64,000 nucleotides of DNA from assembly GCA_965206125.1 (NCBI GenBank), contig CBDBIN010000045.1:580531-644530 (forward strand). The letters run 5' to 3'. The stretch is from Terriglobia bacterium. Its GTDB lineage: Bacteria > Acidobacteriota > Terriglobia > 20CM-2-55-15. Shown piece after piece: positions 17,002 through 25,768 of this stretch. Each line of letters starts with the position of its first letter. Position 1 is the stretch's first letter. The translations under genes and the position numbers were made by a program. The notes beneath the pieces are model-generated. The model saw only the letters and a program-made list of their open reading frames with translations. It made no database searches and had not been told where the DNA came from.

Positions 17002-18395
17002 TCAAAACGCCATCGCGTGCCGTCCTTCGTGTCCTCGATGACGACGTTCATGTCGGTCAACTGCTGGCGGATTTCATCGGCCCTGGCGAAGTCTCGCGCG
17101 GCGCGAGCCTCTTTGCGCTGGGCGATCAGTTCATCGACGCGCGAATCTTGATCGCCTCGGGCCGAGGCACGGCGTACGATCCCCAGTCTCCGGTCGACCT
17201 CGTCGAACCAGGCATCGATCCGGGCTCGATTCTGTTCCCTCACGGTTCCGGCTTCGAGTGCGGTGTTAACGGTGCGGATCAGGTCGAACACGGCGGCCAA
17301 AGCGACGGCGGTGTTGAGATCGTCGTCCAACGCGGCGTCGAACCGGGAACGCGCATCATCGAGCATACCTGCTGTGGAAGCGTCCTCACCCGTAGCGAGC
17401 TGCGCCGAGGACAACCGGAACAGGAACTCCTTGATACGGTCGATGGACTGGGCCGCCTGGTGGAGCCCGTCGAAGGTGAAGTTCAGCTGCTTTCGGTACG
17501 GTACCGAGACCAGTAGATACCGGATGGCCAGCGGATCGAACCCTTTATCGATAAGGTCGCGCAGCAAGTAGAAAGTTCCCGCGGACTTGGCCATCTTCTG
17601 GCCTTCGACCTTCAGATGTTCGCTGTGCACCCAAAAACGGACAAAAGGTTTGCCGGTCGCGGCCTCGCTCTGCGCGATCTCATTCTCATGATGCGGAAAC
17701 ATCAGGTCGACACCACCGCAGTGCATGTCGAAACTCGCGCCCAGGTACTTCATGGACATTGCCGAGCATTCCAGATGCCAACCGGGACGTCCCGTGCCGA
17801 TATCAGTCTCCCAACGCGGTTCTTTATCCAGCTTTGGAGCTTTCCACAGCACAAAGTCCTGGGGCGATTCCTTGTCGTATTCATCGACATCCACTCGTGC
17901 CCCGACCTTCAGTTCCCGGGTATCGATCCGGGACAGGCGTCCGTAGGAAGGAAAGGCGGAGACTCGGAAATAGATCGAACCGCTTTCGGTGTAGGCGATG
18001 TCTTTTTCCAACAAGTCCCGGACAAGCGCGACCATGTCCGGAATGTGTTCGGTCGCACGAACGATCTGCTCCGGGGGCTCGATGCCGAGCAACTCGCTGT
18101 CCTCAAGAAACGCTTCGGTGTACTTGTCCGTGTAGGTCCGGAGATCGACATCTTCGGCTAAGGCCTTCTCGATGATCTTGTCGTCGACGTCCGTGATGTT
18201 CATCACCTCCAGGATCTCCCAACCCTTGCTCTTGATATGCCGACGCAGGATGTCGCAGAACACGAAGTATCGAAAGTTCCCGATGTGAGCGTAGTCGTAC
18301 ACGGTCGGACCGCAGACGTATATCCGAACGGTCTTGCCGTCGGCGGGTGTAAATTCTTCCAATTCTCCTGACAGCGTGTTCGTGAGCTTGAGCAT
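16998..18395 (-). CDS. cysS: cysteine--tRNA ligase
   Basis: VCGPTVYDYAHIGNFR (HIGH region), KMAKSAGTF (KMSKS region), and the zinc-binding motifs CGG/HHENE. 465 aa. Confidence 0.9.
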   Translation of the reverse strand: MLKLTNTLSGELEEFTPADGKTVRIYVCGPTVYDYAHIGNFRYFVFCDILRRHIKSKGWEILEVMNITDVDDKIIEKALAEDVDLRTYTDKYTEAFLEDSELLGIEPPEQIVRATEHIPDMVALVRDLLEKDIAYTESGSIYFRVSAFPSYGRLSRIDTRELKVGARVDVDEYDKESPQDFVLWKAPKLDKEPRWETDIGTGRPGWHLECSAMSMKYLGASFDMHCGGVDLMFPHHENEIAQSEAATGKPFVRFWVHSEHLKVEGQKMAKSAGTFYLLRDLIDKGFDPLAIRYLLVSVPYRKQLNFTFDGLHQAAQSIDRIKEFLFRLSSAQLATGEDASTAGMLDDARSRFDAALDDDLNTAVALAAVFDLIRTVNTALEAGTVREQNRARIDAWFDEVDRRLGIVRRASARGDQDSRVDELIAQRKEARAARDFARADEIRQQLTDMNVVIEDTKDGTRWRFE

Positions 18396-18497
18396 GTCGT
18401 AGCGGACGGACAGAAATCTACTGGTAATACATTCTTAACAAACGGAATCCGGCTCCGGGTCGTCTAAACTCGAAGGACCCGAATTGAGCATGTTAAC

Positions 18498-19418
18498 ATG
18501 GCCCCAATGCTTCGATTAACCGCCGTTATAGTCCTGACATTGCTGGCCTTGCCGCCTCTGGCGGCGGGGCAGTTCACCATCAAAGTCGGCGTCGACCTCG
18601 TCAACGTCCTATTCAGCGTGACTGACGACCGGGGCCGGCTCATCTCCGACCTCGGACCCGAAGACTTCGTCATCGAAGAGGACGGAAAGGTACAGGAGAT
18701 CCAGCATTTCGCGAGGGAAAACGAGCTTCCGCTCACGATCGCGATGCTGATCGACACGAGCCCAAGCGTGCGACAGGTGTTTGACGAGGAAAAGAGGACG
18801 GCGGTAGCGTTCTTCGAGTCGATCATGCGGCGGCAGGACTTGGCGCTGGTGATCGGATTCGAACGCAATATCACGCTGGTGCAGGACTTCACCGAGAGCG
18901 CCGCTCCGCTGGGTGAGGCGATTCGATCGCTGGGTATCGGCAGCGGGACTTCCCTTTATGATGCTGTGTACCTGGCGAGCGAAGACCGACTCCGGCAGGA
19001 AGCCGGCCGCAAGGCCATCATTCTGATCAGCGATGGCGAAGACACGACCAGCAAGATCCGCCGAAGCGAGGCGCTCATCGCCGCACATCAGGCCGACGCG
19101 GTCATCTACTCCATCTACAACCAGCAACCCCGCAGGGGAGTTTTCGGTGGTAGGCGGGGGGGCGGAGACATGCGCACACTGAGGACCCTGTCTGAAGAAA
19201 CGGGCGGCGCAGTGTTCGAAGTCAAGAACGACTCGAGGTTCCAGGACATCTTCGACCAGATCACCCAGGAACTCCGGACCCAGTACAGCCTGGGCTACGT
19301 GTCCACGAACACCAAGAAGGACGGGGGCTACCGTGAGATCCAGATCAAGCCGCGTAACCGTGACCTCAGGGTCCGCGCCAGGAAAGGCTACTATGCGCCG
19401 CTGGAAGACAACGATTAG
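18498..19418 (+). CDS. VWA domain protein of the Acidobacterial TIGR03436 type, secreted
   Basis: Signal peptide, then DLVNVLFSVTDDRGRLISDLGPEDFVIEEDGKVQEI..., a MIDAS-like DTSPS...ILISDGEDT motif, and the C-terminal REIQIKPRNRDLRVRARKGYYAP. Confidence 0.75.
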   Translation: MAPMLRLTAVIVLTLLALPPLAAGQFTIKVGVDLVNVLFSVTDDRGRLISDLGPEDFVIEEDGKVQEIQHFARENELPLTIAMLIDTSPSVRQVFDEEKRTAVAFFESIMRRQDLALVIGFERNITLVQDFTESAAPLGEAIRSLGIGSGTSLYDAVYLASEDRLRQEAGRKAIILISDGEDTTSKIRRSEALIAAHQADAVIYSIYNQQPRRGVFGGRRGGGDMRTLRTLSEETGGAVFEVKNDSRFQDIFDQITQELRTQYSLGYVSTNTKKDGGYREIQIKPRNRDLRVRARKGYYAPLEDND

Positions 19419-20376
19419 CCTGCTGGCCTTGTCCGTCGTCGCAGGACCGCTCGCTGCTCAAGAGTTTCAGCTCCGCACGCGCGTCGATCTGGTCGTCGTT
19501 CCCTTCCAGGTTCGCGGCGCCGACGGTGAGTTGATCACCGGCCTGGACAAGGACGACTTCGTCGTCCTCGAAGATGGCCGCGAGCAGACGATCGATCAGT
19601 TCAGCATCGATCCGGTACCCTTGTCGGCAGCTCTCGTGATCGATACCGGTATGGAGGCGAAGTCGCTGGCAGCGGTCCAGGAAGCGGTTCCTTCCCTCGC
19701 CGCCGCATTCGGGGCGTTCGACAAGGTGGCTCTATTCCGGTACGACGACCGGGTGACGCGGATGCTCGACTTCACCGACGACTCGGACGAACTCTATGCC
19801 GCCCTGAGCCTGCTACGAGACCAGAATCCGACAAGTCAGACTGCGGGCGGATCCCGAGGCCCGCCCGGACTGACGGTCAACGGGCGCCAGCTCGTGCCGC
19901 GAGCCGGAACTTCGAGGCAGCCCGATGCCCGTGTGCTCCACGATGCGATGTACCTGGCGATGGGCGAACTGCGCGACGAGCCAGAGAACATGCGGAAGGT
20001 CGTCCTGCTGATAACCGACGGCAACGACCGTGCCAGCATCCACCGTCTCCAGGACAACGTGATGCGGCTGATCAACTCCGAAGTCGAGGTGTACGTCCTG
20101 CGGCTCGCCGCCGATGTTTTCGAGCGAATGAGGCCGACTGATCTGGACGACTACTCAAACTATTCGGGCGGCGATTTCCGCGACGTCGGCAACTCATCGC
20201 TCGCGAGCGTCTTCTTCGATGTGACCGAGCAGGCCCGCAACCAGTACGTCCTCGCTTACGTGTCCAACAATCTCGCGCCTCCCGACAAGATCGTGTTCCG
20301 CAACATCGAAGTTCTCTGCCCCGAAGGCCGGGATTACGACATCGTCCACAAGCGGGGCTATTACCAGGCTCCCTGA
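19393..20376 (+). CDS. VWA domain protein, TIGR03436-type paralog
   Basis: Likely start MRRWKTTISLLALSVVAGPLAAQ at 19393, within the GYYAP codons of the upstream paralog. Same architecture: DLVVVPFQVRGADGELITGLDKDDFVVLEDGREQTI ... LITDGNDR ... ends GYYQAP. Confidence 0.7.
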   Translation: MRRWKTTISLLALSVVAGPLAAQEFQLRTRVDLVVVPFQVRGADGELITGLDKDDFVVLEDGREQTIDQFSIDPVPLSAALVIDTGMEAKSLAAVQEAVPSLAAAFGAFDKVALFRYDDRVTRMLDFTDDSDELYAALSLLRDQNPTSQTAGGSRGPPGLTVNGRQLVPRAGTSRQPDARVLHDAMYLAMGELRDEPENMRKVVLLITDGNDRASIHRLQDNVMRLINSEVEVYVLRLAADVFERMRPTDLDDYSNYSGGDFRDVGNSSLASVFFDVTEQARNQYVLAYVSNNLAPPDKIVFRNIEVLCPEGRDYDIVHKRGYYQAP

Positions 20377-20413
20377 TCCCGGACCGACCGGGCGCCCTGG
20401 CCTGTTTTTTCAC

Positions 20414-20444
20414 TTGACACGCAAAAATTTCACCACAATACTAT
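20414..20444 (+). promoter_or_regulatory. sigma70-like promoter: TTGACA, 17-19 nt spacer, AATACT/TACTAT
   Basis: Perfect -35 TTGACA at 20414-20419. The 17-nt spacer is A/T-rich. -10-like hexamers sit at 20437-20444. Lies in an unusually AT-rich patch with no downstream ORF. Confidence 0.4.
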
Positions 20445-20656
20445 GCACTGTGTGCTCGACTCTACCCCTATGGGTAGTAGTCGTGCTTGAATCTTCTGAT
20501 GTTTCTTTAAGGAGGGATAATCAGAAAGACCTAGGATTAGAAAGCTCCAGTTAACAAAAGGTCGCGTAAGACGGCCGACTTGCAAAACAACAAAATAAGG
20601 CGCAAAAGACCGAGAATTGAACAAAGGGCTGCACTAGTTGCAGCCCTTTTTATTTG
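20445..20656 (+). ncRNA. candidate small RNA of about 200 nt, no family assigned
   Basis: Bounded by the promoter above and a strong intrinsic terminator. AT-rich for this genome. Contains the hairpin CTACCCCTATGGGTAG and the only in-frame ORF is ATG TTT CTT TAA. Lies between convergent genes. Confidence 0.25.
20626..20656 (+). terminator. Rho-independent terminator, likely bidirectional
   Basis: GGGCTGCA-CTAGT-TGCAGCCC is a perfect 8-bp stem, followed by TTTTTATTTG. Confidence 0.7.
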
Positions 20657-20661
20657 ATGCC

Positions 20662-20745
20662 CACCCGGTCGCTACCGCTCCCGGTTCCGACTGAGGGCCC
20701 AGACGCCGACGCTTCGTCAGAACCGGAAGCGGTAGCGACCGGGTG
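20662..20745. repeat. 26-nt inverted-repeat pair (CACCCGGTCGCTACCGCTCCCGGTTC ... GAACCGGAAGCGGTAGCGACCGGGTG) with a 32-nt spacer. Belongs to a dispersed repeat family also present at 50223-50407.
   Basis: Arm 20662-20687 versus arm 20720-20745 differ at one position. The same core GAACCGGGAGCGGTAGCGACCGG recurs twice at 50223-50245 and 50383-50407. Confidence 0.6.
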
Positions 20746-20775
20746 TCTATTCTGTCGAACGGAGTTGATGAGACT

Positions 20776-21849
20776 CTAGGTACCCGGACGGAGGTGTTTG
20801 TAGGAAGTTTTCAAGTGTGACTTCCGCACATGGCGTTCGAGAGCCAGTTGGATCAACCGGTCGACCAGTTCGGGATAGCTAATGCCCGATGCCTCCCACA
20901 GTTTGGGATACTGGCTGATCGACGTGAAGCCCGGAAGGGTGTTCATTTCGTTCACGTAGTACCTGCCGCTGGCTTTCTCGAGAAACAGGTCGACGCGGCC
21001 CAATCCGGACCCCTCCAGGACTTCGAAAGTCGCGATTGCCAGACGCTGCGCTTCGGCTACTTGACCATCGTCGAGTTCGGCCGGAATGATGATCTCGGAG
21101 TCGTCGTCGAAGTACTTGGCCTGGTAATCATAAAACTCGCGCGACGGACGGATTTCGCCGGGCACGGACACAATAGGTTGGTCGTTACCCAGCACCGCAA
21201 GCTCGATCTCGCGCGCATCGATGCCGCGTTCAACGAGGACCTTCCGGTCGTAGCCTGCCGCCTCGGCGATCGCGGATCCGAGGCCATCGAGCGACGCCAC
21301 CTTGGTGATGCCCACCGACGACCCGAGATTCGCCGGCTTGACGAACACGGGATATGGGAGCTTTGGCCCTCTGGCTCCGACGAAGGATTCGATCTCGTTG
21401 GCGGGCATACACCAGTAATCGACCACTGGCAATCCGGCATCCCGCAGCAGACGCTTCATCACGTCCTTGTCCATGCTGAGGGCGGACCCCAGGACACCGG
21501 CTCCCACGTATGCGACGTCGGCCAGTTCGAGGAGACCCTGGATCGTTCCGTCCTCTCCGAACGGGCCGTGGAGGACGGGAAACACGACGTCCAGACCCGA
21601 GGGGCCCGCCGGTTCGGCCGCCATCGTCATCGGCACGGCCGCCTTGAACGTCTCGCGGATCTCCTCTTCCGGAGGTAGGAGCGCGATTGAACCGGTACCG
21701 CTCAACCACTTCCCCTCAGTCGTGATGCCAATCGGAATGACGTCGTATTTAGCCCGGTCGAGCGCCCCGAGGATGGATTGCGCCGAGCGGAGCGAAATCT
21801 CGTGTTCACCCGACCGGCCGCCGAACACGACCCCGACACGCAACTTCAT
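20776..21849 (-). CDS. ddl: D-alanine--D-alanine ligase
   Basis: MKLRVGVVFGGRSGEHEISLRSA..., ATP-grasp motifs, and C-terminal ...VNEMNTLPGFTSISQYPKLW. 357 aa. Confidence 0.9.
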   Translation of the reverse strand: MKLRVGVVFGGRSGEHEISLRSAQSILGALDRAKYDVIPIGITTEGKWLSGTGSIALLPPEEEIRETFKAAVPMTMAAEPAGPSGLDVVFPVLHGPFGEDGTIQGLLELADVAYVGAGVLGSALSMDKDVMKRLLRDAGLPVVDYWCMPANEIESFVGARGPKLPYPVFVKPANLGSSVGITKVASLDGLGSAIAEAAGYDRKVLVERGIDAREIELAVLGNDQPIVSVPGEIRPSREFYDYQAKYFDDDSEIIIPAELDDGQVAEAQRLAIATFEVLEGSGLGRVDLFLEKASGRYYVNEMNTLPGFTSISQYPKLWEASGISYPELVDRLIQLALERHVRKSHLKTSYKHLRPGT

Positions 21850-22895
21850 CGCTTCCTTTCGTCGACGAGCTTCTGAACGATGTCGGCCGCACGGTCCACT
21901 TCCTCGTCGCCGACGTCCAGGTGCGCCACCATACGGACGCGATCACGGTCGACGGGTACGGCAAGGACCCCGCGGCTCTCCAGCGCCGAAAGGAAGTCGG
22001 ACGACCCAAAGCCCGCCCCGGCAATATCGTAGATCACGATGTTCGTCCGTACCTTCTTCGGATCGATCCCGATGCCCGGAATACGGCTCAACCGTTCGGC
22101 AAGTCGCTGCGCCCTGGCGTGGTCTTCGTTCAATCGTTTCGGGCCTTCTTCGAGTGCGACCAACCCCGCGGCCGCGAGCACGCCGGCCTGGCGCATTCCG
22201 CCGCCCAGCATCTTGCGGATCCTCCGGCAGCGATCGATGAGTGCTCTGCTGCCCACGATGAGCGACCCGACCGGAGCTCCCAGCCCCTTGCTCAGGCAGA
22301 ACTGGACCGAGTCGAAACCGCGGGTGATACGCGCTACGTCCTCACCGAGGGCGGTGGCGGCATTGAAGATGCGGGCGCCGTCCAGGTGCATCGCGAGACC
22401 CCGCTCGTGCGCGCGCTCCGAGATCTCATCCACGACCTCGGTAGGGTAAACCGTCCCGCCGGCCATGTTGTGGGTGTTCTCGAGCGACACCATGGCGGTC
22501 TGCGCACGGTAGTAGACTTTCGGACGGATGGCGCGTTCGATCTGGTCCCAACTCATGATGCCGTCTTCGGTCTCGATCACTCGAGGCAGAACACCGCCGA
22601 TCGCGGACATCGACGCCATCTCGTAGTTATAGATATGGCCTTGTGCTTCGCAGATGACTTCCTGGCCCCGTTCGGTCTGCGCGAGGATGCCCGAGAGATT
22701 GCCCATCGTTCCGGACGGAACATACAGACCCCCCTCTTTGCCGAACAGTTCGGCGGCGCGATCCTGGAGCCGGTTGACCGACGGGTCTTCCATGAACACA
22801 TCGTCGCCGACGTCAGCTTCCGCCATCGCCTGACGCATCTTGGCAGAGGGCTGCGTTACGGTGTCGCTTCGGAGGTCAATAGCAGCGTCGGGCAT
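21846..22895 (-). CDS. ltaE: low-specificity L-threonine aldolase
   Basis: IDLRSDTVTQPSAKMRQAMAEADVGDDVFMEDPSVNRL ... SKGLGAPVGSLIVG (PLP lysine region). 349 aa. Overlaps ddl by 4 nt. Confidence 0.85.
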   Translation of the reverse strand: MPDAAIDLRSDTVTQPSAKMRQAMAEADVGDDVFMEDPSVNRLQDRAAELFGKEGGLYVPSGTMGNLSGILAQTERGQEVICEAQGHIYNYEMASMSAIGGVLPRVIETEDGIMSWDQIERAIRPKVYYRAQTAMVSLENTHNMAGGTVYPTEVVDEISERAHERGLAMHLDGARIFNAATALGEDVARITRGFDSVQFCLSKGLGAPVGSLIVGSRALIDRCRRIRKMLGGGMRQAGVLAAAGLVALEEGPKRLNEDHARAQRLAERLSRIPGIGIDPKKVRTNIVIYDIAGAGFGSSDFLSALESRGVLAVPVDRDRVRMVAHLDVGDEEVDRAADIVQKLVDERKR

Positions 22896-23986
22896 AGGAG
22901 TTCCTCAGTAATACCGGTAGCGAACAGCCAACCGCTGGGTGTCAACTTCAGGGTTCGTCCGTCAAATGTGACAAGCCCGTCCCGCGCGAGGTTCTCCACG
23001 CGGTCGAACCAGTCCTGAGGATAATCGATTCCGAGATCTTTCGCGACGACGGCGACGTCGAACCCATCGATCTGGCGCAGTCCCAACATGAAGGCTTCCT
23101 GGAGTCTGATCTTTCGTGTTCTCTCCTCGATCTCCTCGATGGGCAGCGTCCCGTCGTCCAGCATGCGCGCATACTTGTCCAGCGAACGCGTGTTCCAGAA
23201 GCGGCGGCCACCGATGAAGGAGTGCGCTCCCAGACCGACGCCCCGGTACGGCACGCCGTTCCAGTAGCCCAGGTTGTGCCGACATTCCCGCCCCGGCCGT
23301 GCCCAGCTGGAGATCTCGTAGTGGCGGTATCCGGCCCCGTCGAGGCGTTGGGCCGCTTCAACGTAAAACCAGGCCGCATCCTCGTCGTTCGGGGGCCCGG
23401 TGGCCTGCCTTCCCCACAGGCTGCTGTCCTCGACATCCAGCAGGTAGATGGAAAGGTGCTCCGGGCCGAGTTCGATCACACGGTCCAGGTTTATCTCCCA
23501 GCTCTCGTGGGTCTGCCCGGGAAGACCCGCGATGAGATCCATGTTGATGTCGTCAAACCCGTGCCGACGCAGCGTTTCGTAGTCGGCTGAGGAATCCTCC
23601 GGCCCGTGCAGACGTCCGGCATTCCGCAGGTCACCCTGATCGAAAGACTGCACGCCCAGGCTGACCCTGGTGACACCGGCCCCGAGGTACGCCCCGATAC
23701 GTTCCTCGTCGAACGTGCCCGGATTCACCTCTATCGAAACTTCACGCGCACCCTTGGGAATCGCTGCGAAGAGTCGATCGAGTAAGCTGGGACTCAACAA
23801 CGAAGGGGTCCCGCCTCCCAGGTACACCGTCCCTACTCGGTCGGGCAGTTCCGCGAGGTCGATCTCGCGCAGAAGCCGATCGACATACGGCGCGTGCGCG
23901 TTCGTGCCGAGCACGGCTACCGGGAATGCACAGTAGTGACAGTGCTGTTCACAGAAAGGAACGTGGATGTAGACACCGAAACTCAC
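22856..23986 (-). CDS. hemW: radical SAM heme chaperone HemW (HemN-like, oxygen-independent coproporphyrinogen oxidase family)
   Basis: VYIHVPFCEQHCHYCAF is the CxxxCxxC radical-SAM motif, followed by the GGGTPS motif. 376 aa. Confidence 0.8.
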   Translation of the reverse strand: MSFGVYIHVPFCEQHCHYCAFPVAVLGTNAHAPYVDRLLREIDLAELPDRVGTVYLGGGTPSLLSPSLLDRLFAAIPKGAREVSIEVNPGTFDEERIGAYLGAGVTRVSLGVQSFDQGDLRNAGRLHGPEDSSADYETLRRHGFDDINMDLIAGLPGQTHESWEINLDRVIELGPEHLSIYLLDVEDSSLWGRQATGPPNDEDAAWFYVEAAQRLDGAGYRHYEISSWARPGRECRHNLGYWNGVPYRGVGLGAHSFIGGRRFWNTRSLDKYARMLDDGTLPIEEIEERTRKIRLQEAFMLGLRQIDGFDVAVVAKDLGIDYPQDWFDRVENLARDGLVTFDGRTLKLTPSGWLFATGITEELLCPTLLLTSEATP

Positions 23987-24894
23987 ACGCCCTTGCCTCT
24001 GGCTCGCTGATCCATCAGTCGCGCCATAGCGAACAGCGTTTCGTTCACGGGCGTGTCAATGCCGGCTTCGCTCCCAAGCCGAACGACGACTCCGTTGAGC
24101 GCTTCGATCTCGATCTTCTTGCCGGCCTGGTAGTCCTGCCACATTGAAGACTTTCCGTCTCCGAGGCTCCTGGCTGTCTCCAGAACACTCTGGGCAGGCT
24201 CGTCCACATCGATACGCACTTTACGAAAGCGGGCCACGGCCAACACTTCGGCGACGGCTGCCCGAACAATACTCTCAGCATCGGAACTCGCCGCCATTTC
24301 GCCGAACGAAGCCCCGGTAATCATCGACATGGCGTTCAGACTCGCGTTGAGCAGGAGCTTGTTCCAGAGCACGCCTTCGATGTTGCCGGAGGTCTTCGCC
24401 GGAATGCGTGCTTCAGCGAAAACGGGAACCAGGTCGGACAACTCCTCGGGAAGGACAATCTCACCGCGGCCCAGGTGGCGAATCAGGCCGGGCTCCACCA
24501 GGCCGACTGCGACGTAGACGACGGTCGGATGGACCACGACGTTTCCGAGCCCGGCGGAGGCTGCCAGGTGGTTGTCGACACCGTTCTGGAGACTCAGGAC
24601 CCGGGTCCCGGGCCCGATTCGCCCCTTGAGCGAGGCCGCGGCCCGAGCGGAATCGAATGCCTTGACGGTCAACAGGACCAGGTCCGGATCGGAACCGGCC
24701 GGAAGACTCTCGGCGGCGTGGGGGTGCGATGTGGAGGTCGGGAAGACCGAGGATTCTATCTTCAGGCCGCCCGAGCGGATTGCCGCCACGTGGGCGGCAC
24801 GGCCGATGAGCGTGACGTCATGACCGGCTTCGGCCAGACGACCCCCGTAGTAGCTCCCCACGGCGCCGGCGCCGAACACGGCAATCTTCATCAC
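23983..24894 (-). CDS. panE: 2-dehydropantoate 2-reductase (ApbA/PanE family)
   Basis: MKIAVFGAGAVGSYYGGRLAEAGHDVTLIGR (Rossmann), ...VLWNKLLLNASLNAMS..., C-terminal ApbA_C. 303 aa. Confidence 0.8.
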   Translation of the reverse strand: MMKIAVFGAGAVGSYYGGRLAEAGHDVTLIGRAAHVAAIRSGGLKIESSVFPTSTSHPHAAESLPAGSDPDLVLLTVKAFDSARAAASLKGRIGPGTRVLSLQNGVDNHLAASAGLGNVVVHPTVVYVAVGLVEPGLIRHLGRGEIVLPEELSDLVPVFAEARIPAKTSGNIEGVLWNKLLLNASLNAMSMITGASFGEMAASSDAESIVRAAVAEVLAVARFRKVRIDVDEPAQSVLETARSLGDGKSSMWQDYQAGKKIEIEALNGVVVRLGSEAGIDTPVNETLFAMARLMDQRARGKGV

Positions 24895-24910
24895 TGTCCG
24901 GGTGTGGAGA

Positions 24911-25654
24911 TCAGTATCTCTTGATGGAGATGACGATGCCGTCTTCGAAGGTGATGAAATCGGCGCCCAGACCTGTCTTGAAGTAGATCCAGTCTTCGCG
25001 CGGGCGTCCGTCGACGGTTTCCCGGATCCTGCGGTCGGGCCGGCCCATCGCCAGCAGGACCGTCGACTTGTCCATACCGATCTTCGCTTCCTTCGCCAGG
25101 ACGGCTTCCTTGAACTCTTCAGGAAGGGAATCGATACCGGTGTCCAGGAAAGTCCGCTTGTTGAAGTCCAGAACTGGAGAAAGATACGCCCGGAGATCGT
25201 CCGCCGTCATATCGGGGGGCACCTTGTCTTCAAACCGCAGGATGATTCTCGAGCCCTTGGCCTCCGCAGGATCCCGGTCGCTCACGGGCGACGTCCGATC
25301 CCCAAATCCGACTTCAATTCGTTCGAGGATGCTCTTCTTGTTCTTTCCGCCGTCGTTGAGCTCGATCTCGATCCGATCGTCATGGAAGTCAATGTCTGTG
25401 ATCTCGACGACTTCATCCAGCTCTACGGAGGGACCTTCCTTGTTGACCTCTTTCTGGAGGGCGTCCTGGTCGATCTCGCCCGTCGAGGAAAGCGTGACAC
25501 CGTTGTCGCCGTAGGGCATGACGATCTTCGACACTGCACTGTCGGCAATCAAGGTTCCGAGGATCTCGAAACGCCTTTGCTGGGACAGCTGCGCCCAAGC
25601 GGACTGGGCCAGCGCAATCGTCACGAGGACGAACAGGATCGAACGGAACTTCAT
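24911..25654 (-). CDS. hypothetical secreted protein
   Basis: Signal peptide MKFRSILFVLVTIALAQSAWA. 247 aa. No recognisable domain. Confidence 0.5.
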   Translation of the reverse strand: MKFRSILFVLVTIALAQSAWAQLSQQRRFEILGTLIADSAVSKIVMPYGDNGVTLSSTGEIDQDALQKEVNKEGPSVELDEVVEITDIDFHDDRIEIELNDGGKNKKSILERIEVGFGDRTSPVSDRDPAEAKGSRIILRFEDKVPPDMTADDLRAYLSPVLDFNKRTFLDTGIDSLPEEFKEAVLAKEAKIGMDKSTVLLAMGRPDRRIRETVDGRPREDWIYFKTGLGADFITFEDGIVISIKRY

Positions 25655-25768
25655 AACTCTAATTCTACCCAGTCACGTCGCGTCGACAAAGGAATTCCGT
25701 GACGGTGCATTAATCCCAAATTAGGACCCCTAGGGACCAGTTCCGGGATTAATGCACCGTCACGAAAT

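Noticed and set aside
15076-17151. 691-aa plus-strand ORF spanning the tRNA, yraN and aminotransferase loci
   Set aside because: It overlaps a bona fide tRNA and two well-supported minus-strand genes, and its composition is low-complexity. Classic high-GC antisense ORF.
20430-20624. 64-aa minus-strand ORF inside the AT-rich candidate sRNA region
   Set aside because: Amino-acid composition is AT-driven (F/L/S/K-rich). No RBS, and it sits between a promoter and a terminator oriented for the plus strand.
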